Origin: Eukaryota sp. TZLM1-RC
Lineage: Eukaryota > Protista > Metamonada: BaSk clade
Direction of reading: 5' to 3'
Assembly: GCA_040285825.1 (NCBI GenBank)
Contig: JAUPSS010000006.1
Span: forward strand, 310,001-374,000
DNA length: 64,000 bases
Shown here: positions 11,846 to 22,800 of the stretch, one piece after another
How the letters are laid out: each line of letters begins with the position of its first letter
Position numbering within the stretch: position 1 is the first letter of the stretch
The notes under the pieces: model-generated
What the model saw: only the letters and a program-made list of their open reading frames with translations
Told to the model about the DNA's origin: nothing
Databases searched by the model: none
Translations under genes and position numbers: made by a program

Positions 11846-12269
11846 TGTATTCGGAGAGGGAGAGGAAGGACAAGGAGAGAGTTCTCCTGCCAACGGGAAA
11901 GAAAAGAGATACTTGCTGTGAATGGGAGAGAAAAGTATAGTAGTGAAAGTGGTGTAAAACAGATATCTTCACTATAGCTTCCAATGTGACAAACAGACAT
12001 GTGAGATGACAATTTATTACAACAATAAAGGTCAACACTACTGAACCAATAACATATAAGCCTAATTAGAGACTGAAAGAACTACAACAGAGTACAACAG
12101 AAAAAACACAGTACAACAGAAACATCACCATTTTTTATCTTACAAGGAATGAGTTTCGTACATCAACCAAACCTGGAAATCTCACACTTCTCTGCCGGTA
12201 GAGAACCCAATTGGACAGTAACAAACCACTTACTAAACCTCTGTAGTACTGCTGCTAGAGGTTTAGTGA

Positions 12270-12536
12270 GTGGAATTTTATTGTGGTCATATAGGAACGA
12301 CAGAGTTCAAACTATGATCACAATGAAAAACTTGACTTACCAAGGAACACTCTCCGGTACCACCACAATTCAGGTTTTGAATCAGTCTTCTTGGGTCATT
12401 CCCCATGACTCCCTTCCCATTATAAAAACAGCAGATTGGGAATCTACGCGACACTTACGTAAACTCAAAGCCAATTACTCTAACACATACAGACGTAGGC
12501 TCGAGAAATCTGTTCTCGAATATGCTGAAAAAGAAG
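12270..12536 (+). repeat. Inverted duplicate of ~55652-55918, uncharacterised coding fragment
   Basis: RVQTMITMKNLT...KSVLEYAEKE appears in ORFs 12149-12694(+) and 55181-55906(-). Confidence 0.9.
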
Positions 12537-13057
12537 AATCCCTCCCGCCTCATGTCCCTGCTCAGAATCCCGTGAACCTGGTAGCTCCTTATTTAAGCCA
12601 TACCGGTAGAGAATCCGTCTCCCGCTATGTAGAAGCTTTAAAGTTTACGCGATGTTGCCTTACATTCCGTACACCATCGCCCCAATTGTTCTAGAAACTT
12701 TCGAGATTTGCCACATTTCCCTCGTGAAAATGTGGCTTCAATACCACATTTTCCCAAGCTTTTAATGAAAAAGTAAGCACCTTTAACGGACAGATTGCTC
12801 AATACAGTGATCTTGTAGATCAAATGTTAAAAGTGTGTTTTTATTACTAATTAACTAATTGCAGAAATGTAAAGATGCCATTCAAGCCTTAACAGAAGTG
12901 CACAAGAACCCAAATCTGGAATCTACAGAAAAAATTACAACATTATTACACAAGACTGATGATGTTTTTTCAGGAATCCAAGAATGTGTTGAACAAATGT
13001 TTGATACAGGGTATATTTGAGCTCCCCTCCTTTCTTATGATCGGATCAAGAGACCGA

Positions 13058-13354
13058 GAAGCGTATAAAGACTTCATCAAGACTTCGAAAGCACGTAACC
13101 GTACTAAATCCGCTCCTCCCAGGAAGCGTTCCAATATCACTACCTCACCTCCTGTGACTAGAGCTTCCAGGGCTCGTCGCTCGAAAAAGAGGAAAAGGCA
13201 GTGTTAGTCTTGAATAGTATTTATAGCCAATAGTTTAGTTTATTTAGTATCCGCCCTATAGTATACGAAGAGAGAATACAATTCCTCTTTGTAATAAATT
13301 TCATTACATTTACATTGTATGTCGCAATCTAACGAGCCAAGACCATCAACTACA
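13058..13354 (+). mobile_element. Ty3/Gypsy 3' end: integrase C-tail, polypurine tract and ~153-bp LTR (13202-13354)
   Basis: AYKDFIKTSKAR...RQC tail matches the 53333 integrase. PPT GAAAAAGAGGAAAAGGCAG is followed by TGTTAG...ACTACA. Confidence 0.75.
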
Positions 13355-13364
13355 CTCTGAAATA

Positions 13365-13641
13365 GTGTATAGACTAACAATTAATCTCAATTAATGCTCG
13401 GTTTCTCTTTTGTTGTTTTTGTTGCGGTAGCGACAGTGGGATTGATATGGAGGCCTCCGATTTCTGTGATAGCTTTTTCAGAGGCGTCAGTGTAAATTAG
13501 GATGTTGCTATTGGAGTCTGGAAGGACCAGAGATAGACTATTGATGATCATATCTTTGATGTTCTGGAAATTCTTTAATTCATCTGGGTTTGTTACAGAG
13601 GAGGTCCAAGCAATCTTTTCAAGTTTATCAATAATTACCAA
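13365..13641 (-). mobile_element. Ty3/Gypsy RT-RNase H linker fragment
   Basis: FQNIKDMI...LVLPD...ILIYTDASE. Confidence 0.7.
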
Positions 13642-14954
13642 TTGTTCAGTATTTGATCATTTAGTATATCTTTGCAAGATCTATAACAATATGTGACATG
13701 TGCTACAACATCTCGTTAGGTATGAATCACGTTAGGATGAACATGTGATTGGAGAAAACCAATTTCTTGTTTCATGCCTCCTAAAACTACCAAAACGACT
13801 TCAACTCCCCCTCTTAAGAAGGCTAATGTTAACCAATCCAATAAAGAAGCAGTCTCTGAATCTGTATCTGAAACTGTGGCTGAACCCAACTTCTGCCACT
13901 TGCAAAAAGATAAGTTGTTAGTCAGTGATAAACAACTTGATTTTTCAAAATATCTGAAACGTAAAAATCGGCTAGTAACCAGAAGCACCACTGATTCGAT
14001 GTATATCATTGAAGAAGTCAAAGACTCGTTATTTGTCAGCACTAATCTCCATGATGGTCCTGCTCAAGAATCAGATATCATTGATATTGTTACATGGTAC
14101 CATCAAGCTGAAGCTCCACAGAAGCGAGGTATATTGGTGGCTGATGAAAGTTAGTGGCAATGGCGAATCTGTATTCATCACCATTTTTAACTCCCTTTGT
14201 GACGATGATAATTACGATGAAAAATATTGTTATATTGAAAATTATATTAAACTATTCTTTTGCCATTTATTTGATTATGGATTGAAGTTTAAAATCAATC
14301 ATTGTTGTGCTTTTCAACAAGAACATATTTTGCTTTGTGGATGGATTTGTTGCTACATTGTTCCGAGATTGGTCCAAGGTTTTCACCAATAATAGTCAAC
14401 TTGAGACAATTTTTGGCTGTTATTAACCGATTTAAAAATCTATTCCAACTCCACAGCAAGCTTTTCTACGAGAATGATATTGTGCCTTTGCTTCCTGATG
14501 ATACTTCCAACCTTCTTCCTGTTTCTTCTACTAATAGTTCTCCACATACTCGTTGTCATTGTTGTTCTCAAGATTCTACTTCTCACGTTCCTGTTACTAT
14601 CATCAAGAACTATCAAGTGAATGCAAATGTGTCAATATCTACAATAGTGTTCATGTCACTTACAAGGATGAAGATTTACCAACTGGCTCCTTTGCATTCA
14701 ATCTCCGAGATTTAAATTCAGAAAGGTTTTGGGCTTTGCATTTTTCAGATCACTGTTGTGATGCATGGGTATGTATTATAATAGTAGCCCTCAACTAACT
14801 ACAGATTTCATTCACCTTTACATTTGGATCCTGCTGTGTTTCCGTCTCCTCGATCTTGCTGTCCATCTCCTCGATCTGTCTCTCCATCTCCTCTATCTTT
14901 GATACCCTTTGTCTCTCCGTCTTATTTATATCTTATATAATTTATATCTTACTT

Positions 14955-15040
14955 AATTTAAGACGGTTTTGATTTGAGAAGGTTTTTTATTTTAAGAAGG
15001 TTTTTTATTTAAGAAGGTTTTAATTTAAGACGGTTTTCTT
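14955..15040. repeat. Minisatellite, ~5 units of ~16-19 bp (TTTAAGA(A/C)GGTTTT)
   Basis: Directly visible. Confidence 0.8.
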
Positions 15041-15078
15041 ATGAAGTATCTAAAATATCTGATATAAGTTATCACTCG

Positions 15079-15480
15079 GTGATCCCATCACATTGTTTCA
15101 ACAATCAAAACCTATTAGATAAAAAATTCAATGAGTTAATTGCTGTAGATCGTAGTAAAGAATTTTCATTTCGGTTTCCTTCGGTGAAGACTATTGGAAC
15201 ATCAATTGTGGCTGCTGAATTCATAACCCGAAATACGGTGATATGTCGGTTAAATGGCATATTTGTGGACAAATCAATACTTGATGTACAAAATAGTATT
15301 TTGATTCCCGCATATAGACTTAACTCTATGGACACCTACAAGTTATGTATGAAAATCATCCAAGATTCAAAATATCAGTTTTTGTTTCAACAAACCTCTC
15401 AATCCGGTGCTCCTAGTTGTCGCCTGGTTTGGGTGAATGAGGACGAGAAATCACTTCCACTACGAGGATTCAAGAAGGTG
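15079..15480 (+). pseudogene. Possible SET-domain-like fragment
   Basis: IGTSIVAAEFITRNTVICRLNG and QSGAPSC loosely match the SET N- and C-motifs. Confidence 0.3.
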
Positions 15481-15880
15481 TTGTTTCTAACATCCCTGTT
15501 GTTTGTGGTGTTCAATTATTTGTGGAAAATGTAGAATTATAATGCAATATCCCGCTGCTGAACGTAAAGACACATTTAAAGCACTATCCCGCTGATGTTT
15601 TCAAAAAGTTTAATTGTCAGATGGAAGCAACATTATGGCTGGACCAACAGTGTGATACTTCATACATAGACGAAAGTGACTACATGTCCAGTAACTACCG
15701 AGAACCAGCAGTGGTTATGCTCAAGAGGATTTGAAAACAATGAATGAAGAGAATTGGTATTTTTGCTATGTCATGAACCAATGGCATACTCGATTAGGAG
15801 GACGCGAAAAACCTTTAGGCATAAACGCAGTAAGTTGTCAATAAGAAACCCTAATTAATAGATAGATAACAATGTAAACA

Positions 15881-16062
15881 TTAAACCTAAAAAAATCCAA
15901 AAACATGTAGACTATACAGACACATGTAATCAGATCTTTCTTGACCGTAATCAGCTTCAAACAGTTGAAATTTGAATGATTGATGATTACTCAGTCATTT
16001 ATGTATTTATTGATAAAGACTCAAAATAAAGAGAATTACTCTCAATATTTGGTAGAGACTCC
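15881..16062 (-). repeat. Dispersed core repeat, copy 2
   Basis: Reverse complement of the 3262-3500 core. Confidence 0.9.
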
Positions 16063-16238
16063 AATAAATAAACCATAATTAGATTCGTGCTGATCAATAT
16101 CAAAATCAGTAATAGTGATTGATAAATGAGAAAACAATTAATTGAAACTAAATAAAAAAAATTTCCAGAATAATTGTTAAAAGAAGTGGTGATAACTACA
16201 AAAAAATAACACAAAAAAGAAAAAAAGAAGCAAAAAAT

Positions 16239-16318
16239 GTCCGACATGTTGGCATCCAACAACCCAACACCAAAGTTCAATAGGTACATCCGTCCGGGTT
16301 CGAGTCCCGGTGTGCGAC
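16239..16318 (+). ncRNA. tRNA-like (pseudo-tRNA / SINE-head-like) element
   Basis: Perfect T-arm CCGGG-TTCGAGT-CCCGG (B-box GGTTCGAGTCC). An imperfect acceptor-like pairing GTCCGACA/TGTGCGAC spans 80 nt. No clear D-arm or anticodon arm. Confidence 0.4.
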
Positions 16319-17194
16319 TTTTGATTCCAAGTCTAGATTTAAACATGGATATGGATCGGTACTGGTGGCGGAAAGCAATGAAAAAAGAATTGCAGAGAGT
16401 CTATTCGGGTACTGATACCACTCTCTTACCCCAAATGAGAGAGACGATACGGAGATCGCAAGGAAGGGATGAGAGACTTTGAGGGTAGAGTTCTCAGTGA
16501 AGAAGAGATGTAGTACTGTTGAGAGGTAAGCAAGAGAGAGATTACAATCATCAAAAAGTGTGAAGATACCAACCATAAGCGTCTACTGTGACTAGTAAAC
16601 GACGGAAAGGGCTAAGTGTGCATGGGATTAGAAATATCACTACTTAATGAAAGGGTGTCATCATGGAGGATGAAAATCAAAATTGCAAAGTCAATTTGCA
16701 TTTTAATTCTGTGATTTGCATTTGAAGTGGATAAATTCCTTTTGTAGCCACTTTTTAACAAACTCCTTAGGATATCATTTTCTAGCATCCCCGATGATGT
16801 TGACCCATTCACTATGCCACATTCTCAATTCATTGATATCATCATTACGTAATGTGATATTTTTGTTATCTCATTTTACTAATTTTTTCATCTTTTATGT
16901 TGGAAAAATGAATGTGTTCGAATCACCGTGGTCTTGAATATGTATAGTCGAATATGTTAAAAGGTATAAAGGTACACTAGTAATTAATCTATCAAGGATA
17001 TATCAAATGGAGGTTCAGCAAACCACTCCTGCTCTTCATTATCTTCATCTTCTACACCCTCATTATCCCAGTCATTACCCATTTCGTACACTTCTTCACT
17101 GTAGATCATCGTAGTCTTCATCATCTACAGATAAAGAAGCTACTACTAAACCAATAAGGTCTACTGCTAGTACCTTCCTTCACCAATTTCACGT

Positions 17195-17370
17195 TGTCGT
17201 CAATGAAAACCAGATTTTTCAATCTTTCAGCGTTCAATCGGTTCCTCTTCGGTGTGGATTGCTTCAAACACAGACCAATTTCTCTAACAGGCAAAAGCAG
17301 ACGCTACTTGTGCTAATGATCGTTGCGCCACATATTGAAGGGTCACATATCCAAAAGTTGCCCACCACTA
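17195..17370 (-). mobile_element. hAT transposase C-terminal dimerisation domain fragment (not in ORF track)
   Basis: Manual translation WWATFG..LQYVAQRSLAQVASAFAC*RNWSVFEAIHT/KRNRLNAERLKNLVFIDDN, with one stop and one frameshift. Confidence 0.85.
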
Positions 17371-18013
17371 AGTTATAACTACTCTTCACTGGATCGGTGA
17401 TAATTGGCGATTGTAATCGGTAATTTTGGACATTCCGGTATTACCATAACTAAAAAGTTATACGAGTTCAAAAAGTGTACTAGGTATGACTTTGCTGTTA
17501 CCCAAGATCAAGAAAGAACCTCCCCTCAAGGTTAATGATGATTCCCACAATGGGCATATTGTTATCGAGTCTGTTTCGAATGCTCAACAACAGATAGCAA
17601 CACTGGATATTGCACATGACCCTATTCGTGAATTGTCCAAAAAAATACACAATCTCAGCAATTGTCAAACAACTGTATTCTATGTAGATGCAATTTTTTA
17701 TGTTTACAATAATGAAAACACATAACGAAAATAAAAAAACAATATTAGAAAAAGATTATTTGAAAATGTAAGAACATTAAAACTAAGAGGGACTATACTC
17801 CCGTACGATATTCCCGTCGTGTTCCCGTCGCAGGTTGTTGAATAAACTGGAGGAAAAAATATATCAGAAAAGTGTTGTTTTTTTCAATAATGTATTTCAC
17901 GTGTGTTATCACTAGTGAAATAGACCACTCAATCCCCTTATCTTGAGGTTGTTTCTAATGTTTTCCAAACCTTTGATTCAACTGGAGAGCTGTTTACCAA
18001 ATGCTTTTCCTGC

Positions 18014-18116
18014 TACCTCGATTTAGGGTTTAGATGTATTGGTTCAACTGTATCAGAAATTAAAAAGGGTAAGAAGGTCGTATATTATTTACGTATCAGG
18101 ATTATCACAGTGGTGT
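18014..18116 (+). pseudogene. Kinase-like fragment, 5' part (continues at 29712-29791)
   Basis: YLDLGF..KK, a 31-nt GTAAG..CAG intron (18069-18099), then GLSQWC joins in frame to IISRNEETASDIYSVGLSLREL (subdomain IX-like) across a 21-bp direct repeat. Confidence 0.45.
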
Positions 18117-19673
18117 TTACATTTTAATAATATTATGGATAGCCAAACAAAACAGCAAAGGGCCAAGAGGATCACCTTGTTTCACACCAGAAGAAGATTT
18201 AAGGGTAAAGGAGTCAAAAATTAAGTCTGATTTTTTTCCATAAAATAAATAAAAATATGCAGAAAGTTCAGGAAAATCTTGAAGAAGCACATCAAAAATA
18301 CAATTACGTTTCACAGAATTGAAAGCATTTTTGAAATCCAAATTGAAAATATATTGATGTTGTTGATTATTGAAAAAAACATCTGAAGTCATTGAAGCAA
18401 CAGAAGCACCTTCAATAGTTTTTATACCAAATTGGAAAGGCTTCAAAAAGTCCCTTGCTTTAGTAGAAATTCTGTTAAAAATAAGCGAAGAAAGCAATCT
18501 GGTTAATGACTCTCCAATAGCAATTGGTCTAACTCCATCAGGTTTGTCACCTTTACCAGGTTTAACTAAAGCAACTAAACGGGCAGCAGTCAATTCAGGC
18601 GGAGGAACATAATTCATACACATTAAATTTTGAAAATAGGAAGCAAGATCCTCAAAAATTTCAGGAGCATTTTTACAGGCAGTTTTCAACAAATCAAAGG
18701 AAATGCCTGAAGGACCAGCAGCTTTTCCTTTTGGTAATTTAGCAACGGCATTCAATACTTCTTGAGCCTGAAATGGATTTTCGAGCCAATATTGACAAAT
18801 AGAAGGCTTACTGGGGCAAAAATTTTCAGCTGGATGGAGGGATTTCAATTTTTCAACAGTTTCGAGATTGTTATCAGCCAGTTTTCCAGAAAAAATATTT
18901 TTTAATCCGCTTCCATATCTACCTCGCAAAAACAATTTTCTTGCTTGAAAAGATGAATTAGCTTTTCTCTGTTTTGGTTTGTAATTAATTTTCTTCTTAT
19001 TCTTTTTGGCAAAGAATTTCCAAAATCTTGTTATGTTCCATTTGTTTAATTTCAATTGCGAAGAAAAAGAACGCATTTCCATTGACATAGGAACAGAACT
19101 GGCAGGACTGACCTCTATAGGAATTTTAACAGGTGCACGAAGAGAATCACTTGTTTGACAGTCAAAACAAAACAAAAGAGGGCGACCATTAGAAGAATTA
19201 GAGAGGAACTTTTTGCAAAAAGGACAATTATGCTTCAAGACATTATCCGTAGGATCAGGGGCAACAGTTTTTGGTAAATGAGTTTGATCAATATTTAAAT
19301 CATAATTAACATCATCAGCAGAAACATTGGGAACAGGAGGAAGATTCAGTTCGGATGGCGTTTGCAAACTATTAACAATAGAAATATTGGTTTTCAGTCT
19401 CATTTTGTCAGTAATAATATCAGGACATTTTCTAATGTTATGACCAACCTTGCCACATTTGGAACAGGTATGTCCTCTTTTTTGCACTTTTTCAGGCGTA
19501 ATAACAGGGGCATCACACAAAGACAAAAAATCTTTTTTAAAAATTTTCAAATTTTTTTTGAGAAGAATTTCGAGCATAGCTTGAAGGGTGGGGAGAGTGG
19601 AGAAGTGAAGGGGATGAGCTTGATCTGATGGGTAGAATCTTTGCTTGGGCGTTCCAATCAGTATCAGAGTCAC
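18117..19673 (-). mobile_element. CRE/SLACS-like non-LTR retrotransposon ORF, N-terminal half (zinc knuckle, CxxC finger, RT domains 0-4), 3'-truncated
   Basis: CSKCGKVGHNIRKC; CPFC..CFDC; KAAGPSG; ARLVALVK; VRPIAIGE; FQFG; LDFKNAFNSV; GVKQGDPLGPLLF. Ends before YxDD. Confidence 0.9.
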
Positions 19674-19885
19674 TATCAGTCAATGGCATCGTTTTGGCAA
19701 AGACACAGTACAACTTAGACGCCGTGACAGAAAGTGAAATATGAGAGGGTTGACCAGGGGAGGGAGAAAAAAAACTCCTAAAATTGGAAAAAATTATGGA
19801 AAATTATTTAATATTGTTCATATTGGAGTAAAATATTTTTGAACTAAATAAATAAAAATATGAAGGGAAATTACATATGTGGAAA

Positions 19886-22800
19886 TCTGAATTTGAGTCA
19901 CGAATTTTATTTCTTGCTTTTATTTCGTTGATGCTAGACGAAGTATCACAAAAAGCAAATATGCCAATCAACCGGTAAACCCAAATGCTGAGGTCTACGA
20001 ATATAAAGGTTGTAGATTGTTTCTTGTGTCTAAAAGGTTTATCGAGATACATGAATAAGTTTTTATTTGCTACAATGGCCCTGGAATAATAATGGTTCTT
20101 TCTACTTTAGTCATCACATAATTAAACCTTGAGTTAATAATTTTACCACCTCTTCTTTGGATAATGAAGAACAGTTATATCCTTTGTTGTGTTCTCTTAT
20201 CTTTTTGTTCTTCTTCCATTCGTCGATGAACTAATACTTTTGGCAACCAATTATTTGAATTTCCTGGGGTAATTAATTCAATAGCAATGTCTCCATCAAT
20301 TACTTTTTCAATTTTTTCAATTTGCCATTCTCCATCAAAATAGTGGAAATTATTCTTCAAGTAAAAACCATTTCTTTCAGGTAATCCAAAGACGTGATGC
20401 TGACGTAAGAATTCTCTCAATTCTGGCCATCTATCTGATATTACTACATCCTTCAACATTTCAACAGGAACTTCTTGTTGTTCTTTTAATGTTTGATATT
20501 TCCTCTCCAAAAAGTCTAGACAAACTAATTTCAATAATACAATAATTAATTTATCAAATAACTGTAAATGATGCAAATGGTCAAATAGAGGCTACAATTC
20601 TAGTTGAGAACCCCTAATCACTGTTTTCTATTTTTCCACAAAGAAAACACCGACGCATTACAACAGCTTGTGTATAAAAATTGGCTTCAATAGGGAATAT
20701 GAGAACCATTCATTCGAAAATAGAATTAGTAAATTTCAAATAGTAAACCAAAACTGAAAGATTATGTTTGGTAGACGCGCGATCCGATTACAATCAATTT
20801 CTTGTTGGTACAAAAGAATTATGTCAAAACTTTGTTTTATCATATGCCAAAAAGCACAATTCTTTGTCAGATGCTTTTGGTGAGTTACATCATAATGATA
20901 ATCATACATTTAACTTCATATTCAGAAGTGCTTTGATGGACTCAATTGAATTTCTCTTTTATTTAGAAAATTTAATGTATTTTCAAAAATGGTGTTTGAA
21001 ACATTAGAATTTATTAAGATAAAAAAAGATCTTGATACCCCAAAGCAGTCAAAAGAAACAACTATTTTTGAAAATACAATCAAGAACTCAATATCTGCCA
21101 AAAAGGAAGCGTCCACACCATCAAACCGTACAACAGCAATGTCTTTGTAATGTGCATTGAAGCACATCAAAAGCTTTTGAAATCATTTTAGGAATTGTTT
21201 AGAAAAATAGTAAAATCACTACGATTTAACCACTAATGATGATCAAAACGCTTATTCACTCTGTGTTTTTGAAATTTGCAAAATCATCAATAAAATTCAT
21301 GGCAGTTTTTCCAGGACGTCCATACAAAGATATAGCATATGAAAGAGTTTCAATTTCCTGTTGCAATGAAATAAGATAAGAGCTGCCACAATTTTCAATG
21401 AGATGAATTTTTTCAGGAAAACGATTCACAAATTCATAAATAAAATTCTTTCCACCTCCAATAAAGGCAGCTTCACAAAGGTAGCTTGATTTATGAAAAT
21501 CAACACCAACAAAATTTGTACCACAAAAAATGTGGCTTCGTAACTGAGATGCATCAATTTCCAATAATTTTGCTAAAAAATTGGTTCTTTGTTCATTAAA
21601 AATGCGACAAAACTCCAAAGAAATTGATGGCGATGTTGATCTCAAACTATGAGTAAATTTTTCCAGAATAACAGATTTTTAGGAAAAGAATTTCAAATGT
21701 TTCTCAATATTTAAATTTCTATTGATTCTAATTCATTTCCAAATTGAGTCAACAGAGTCGAAAGTTGGCTTTTGACTTCATCAATATTTCCGAGATAACA
21801 ACCCAAAAAAACGAAAACCAGACTGATCATAATTGATAAAGGGGACATTGACATCATTAATGAAAAAAATCAATTGGTTCATGGCCAATAATCAAACATT
21901 TGGAGATATTCAATGAGAGACCAATATCTTCATAACGCTGTTGAAAAAAAAAATGCTATTTGTTTCAGAATTTCAATAGGAACAATTACAGAAATGTCAT
22001 CCATATATGCTACAATATCTATTTCTGGGAATTTTTTTCTTTCAATTCGCACATTAATGGATGAATTGCCAGACATAAGAAAAAAAGAACCAAGTGGATC
22101 ACCTTGTTTAACACTTGAAGGCGCAACATTGGACAATCCGCCTTGAATTTGATCAATGATTTTGATAATTTATGTCGTTCAAGTGGTAAGAATTTTTGCA
22201 TGGATTTTTATGGAAGAATTGTATTATTTTCGCTTTGTACAGAAGTGTGTTCAAGTACTTGAGTTTAATGATGTCCAAACTTTATAAGGATTCATCAAGA
22301 GTTGGCGTGGAGAATTTTGTTTCTTATGTGTTTTTTATGTGGAAAGACGTACACTATATATTTGTATGTACGACATATCCAACAAACCATTTTGCATTTC
22401 TGAGCTGCTCTCTTTCTACATGAAGCTCTGAATTTGAGTCACGAATTTTATTTCTTGCTTTTATTTCGTTGATGCTAGACGAAGTATCACAAAAAGCAAA
22501 TATGCCAATCAACCGGTAAACCCAAATGCTGAGGTCTACGAATATAAAGGTTGTAGATTGTTTCTTGTGTCTAAAAGGTTTATCGAGATACATGAATAAG
22601 TCTTTATTTGCTACAATGGCCCTGGAATAATAATGGTTCTTTCTACTTTAGTCATCACATAATTAAACCTTGAGTTAATAATTTTACCACCTCTTCTTTG
22701 GATAATGAAGAACAGTTATATCCTTTGTTGTGTTCTCTTATCTTTTTGTTCTTCTTCCATTCGTCGATGAACTAATACTTTTGGCAACCAATTATTTGAA

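Noticed and set aside
11393-12012. Numerous short overlapping ORFs in the track (here and antisense to gag/pol/Tc1)
   Set aside because: Shadow frames of recognised coding fragments with no motifs.
11177-12042. 9-bp repeat AACACTACT as a TSD around the RING/B-box fragment
   Set aside because: Short and AT-rich, and the flanks do not rejoin into the known tandem unit.
16239-16318. Functional tRNA genes at the B-box motifs
   Set aside because: Only the T-arm is convincing; no canonical D-arm/A-box or anticodon arm could be folded.
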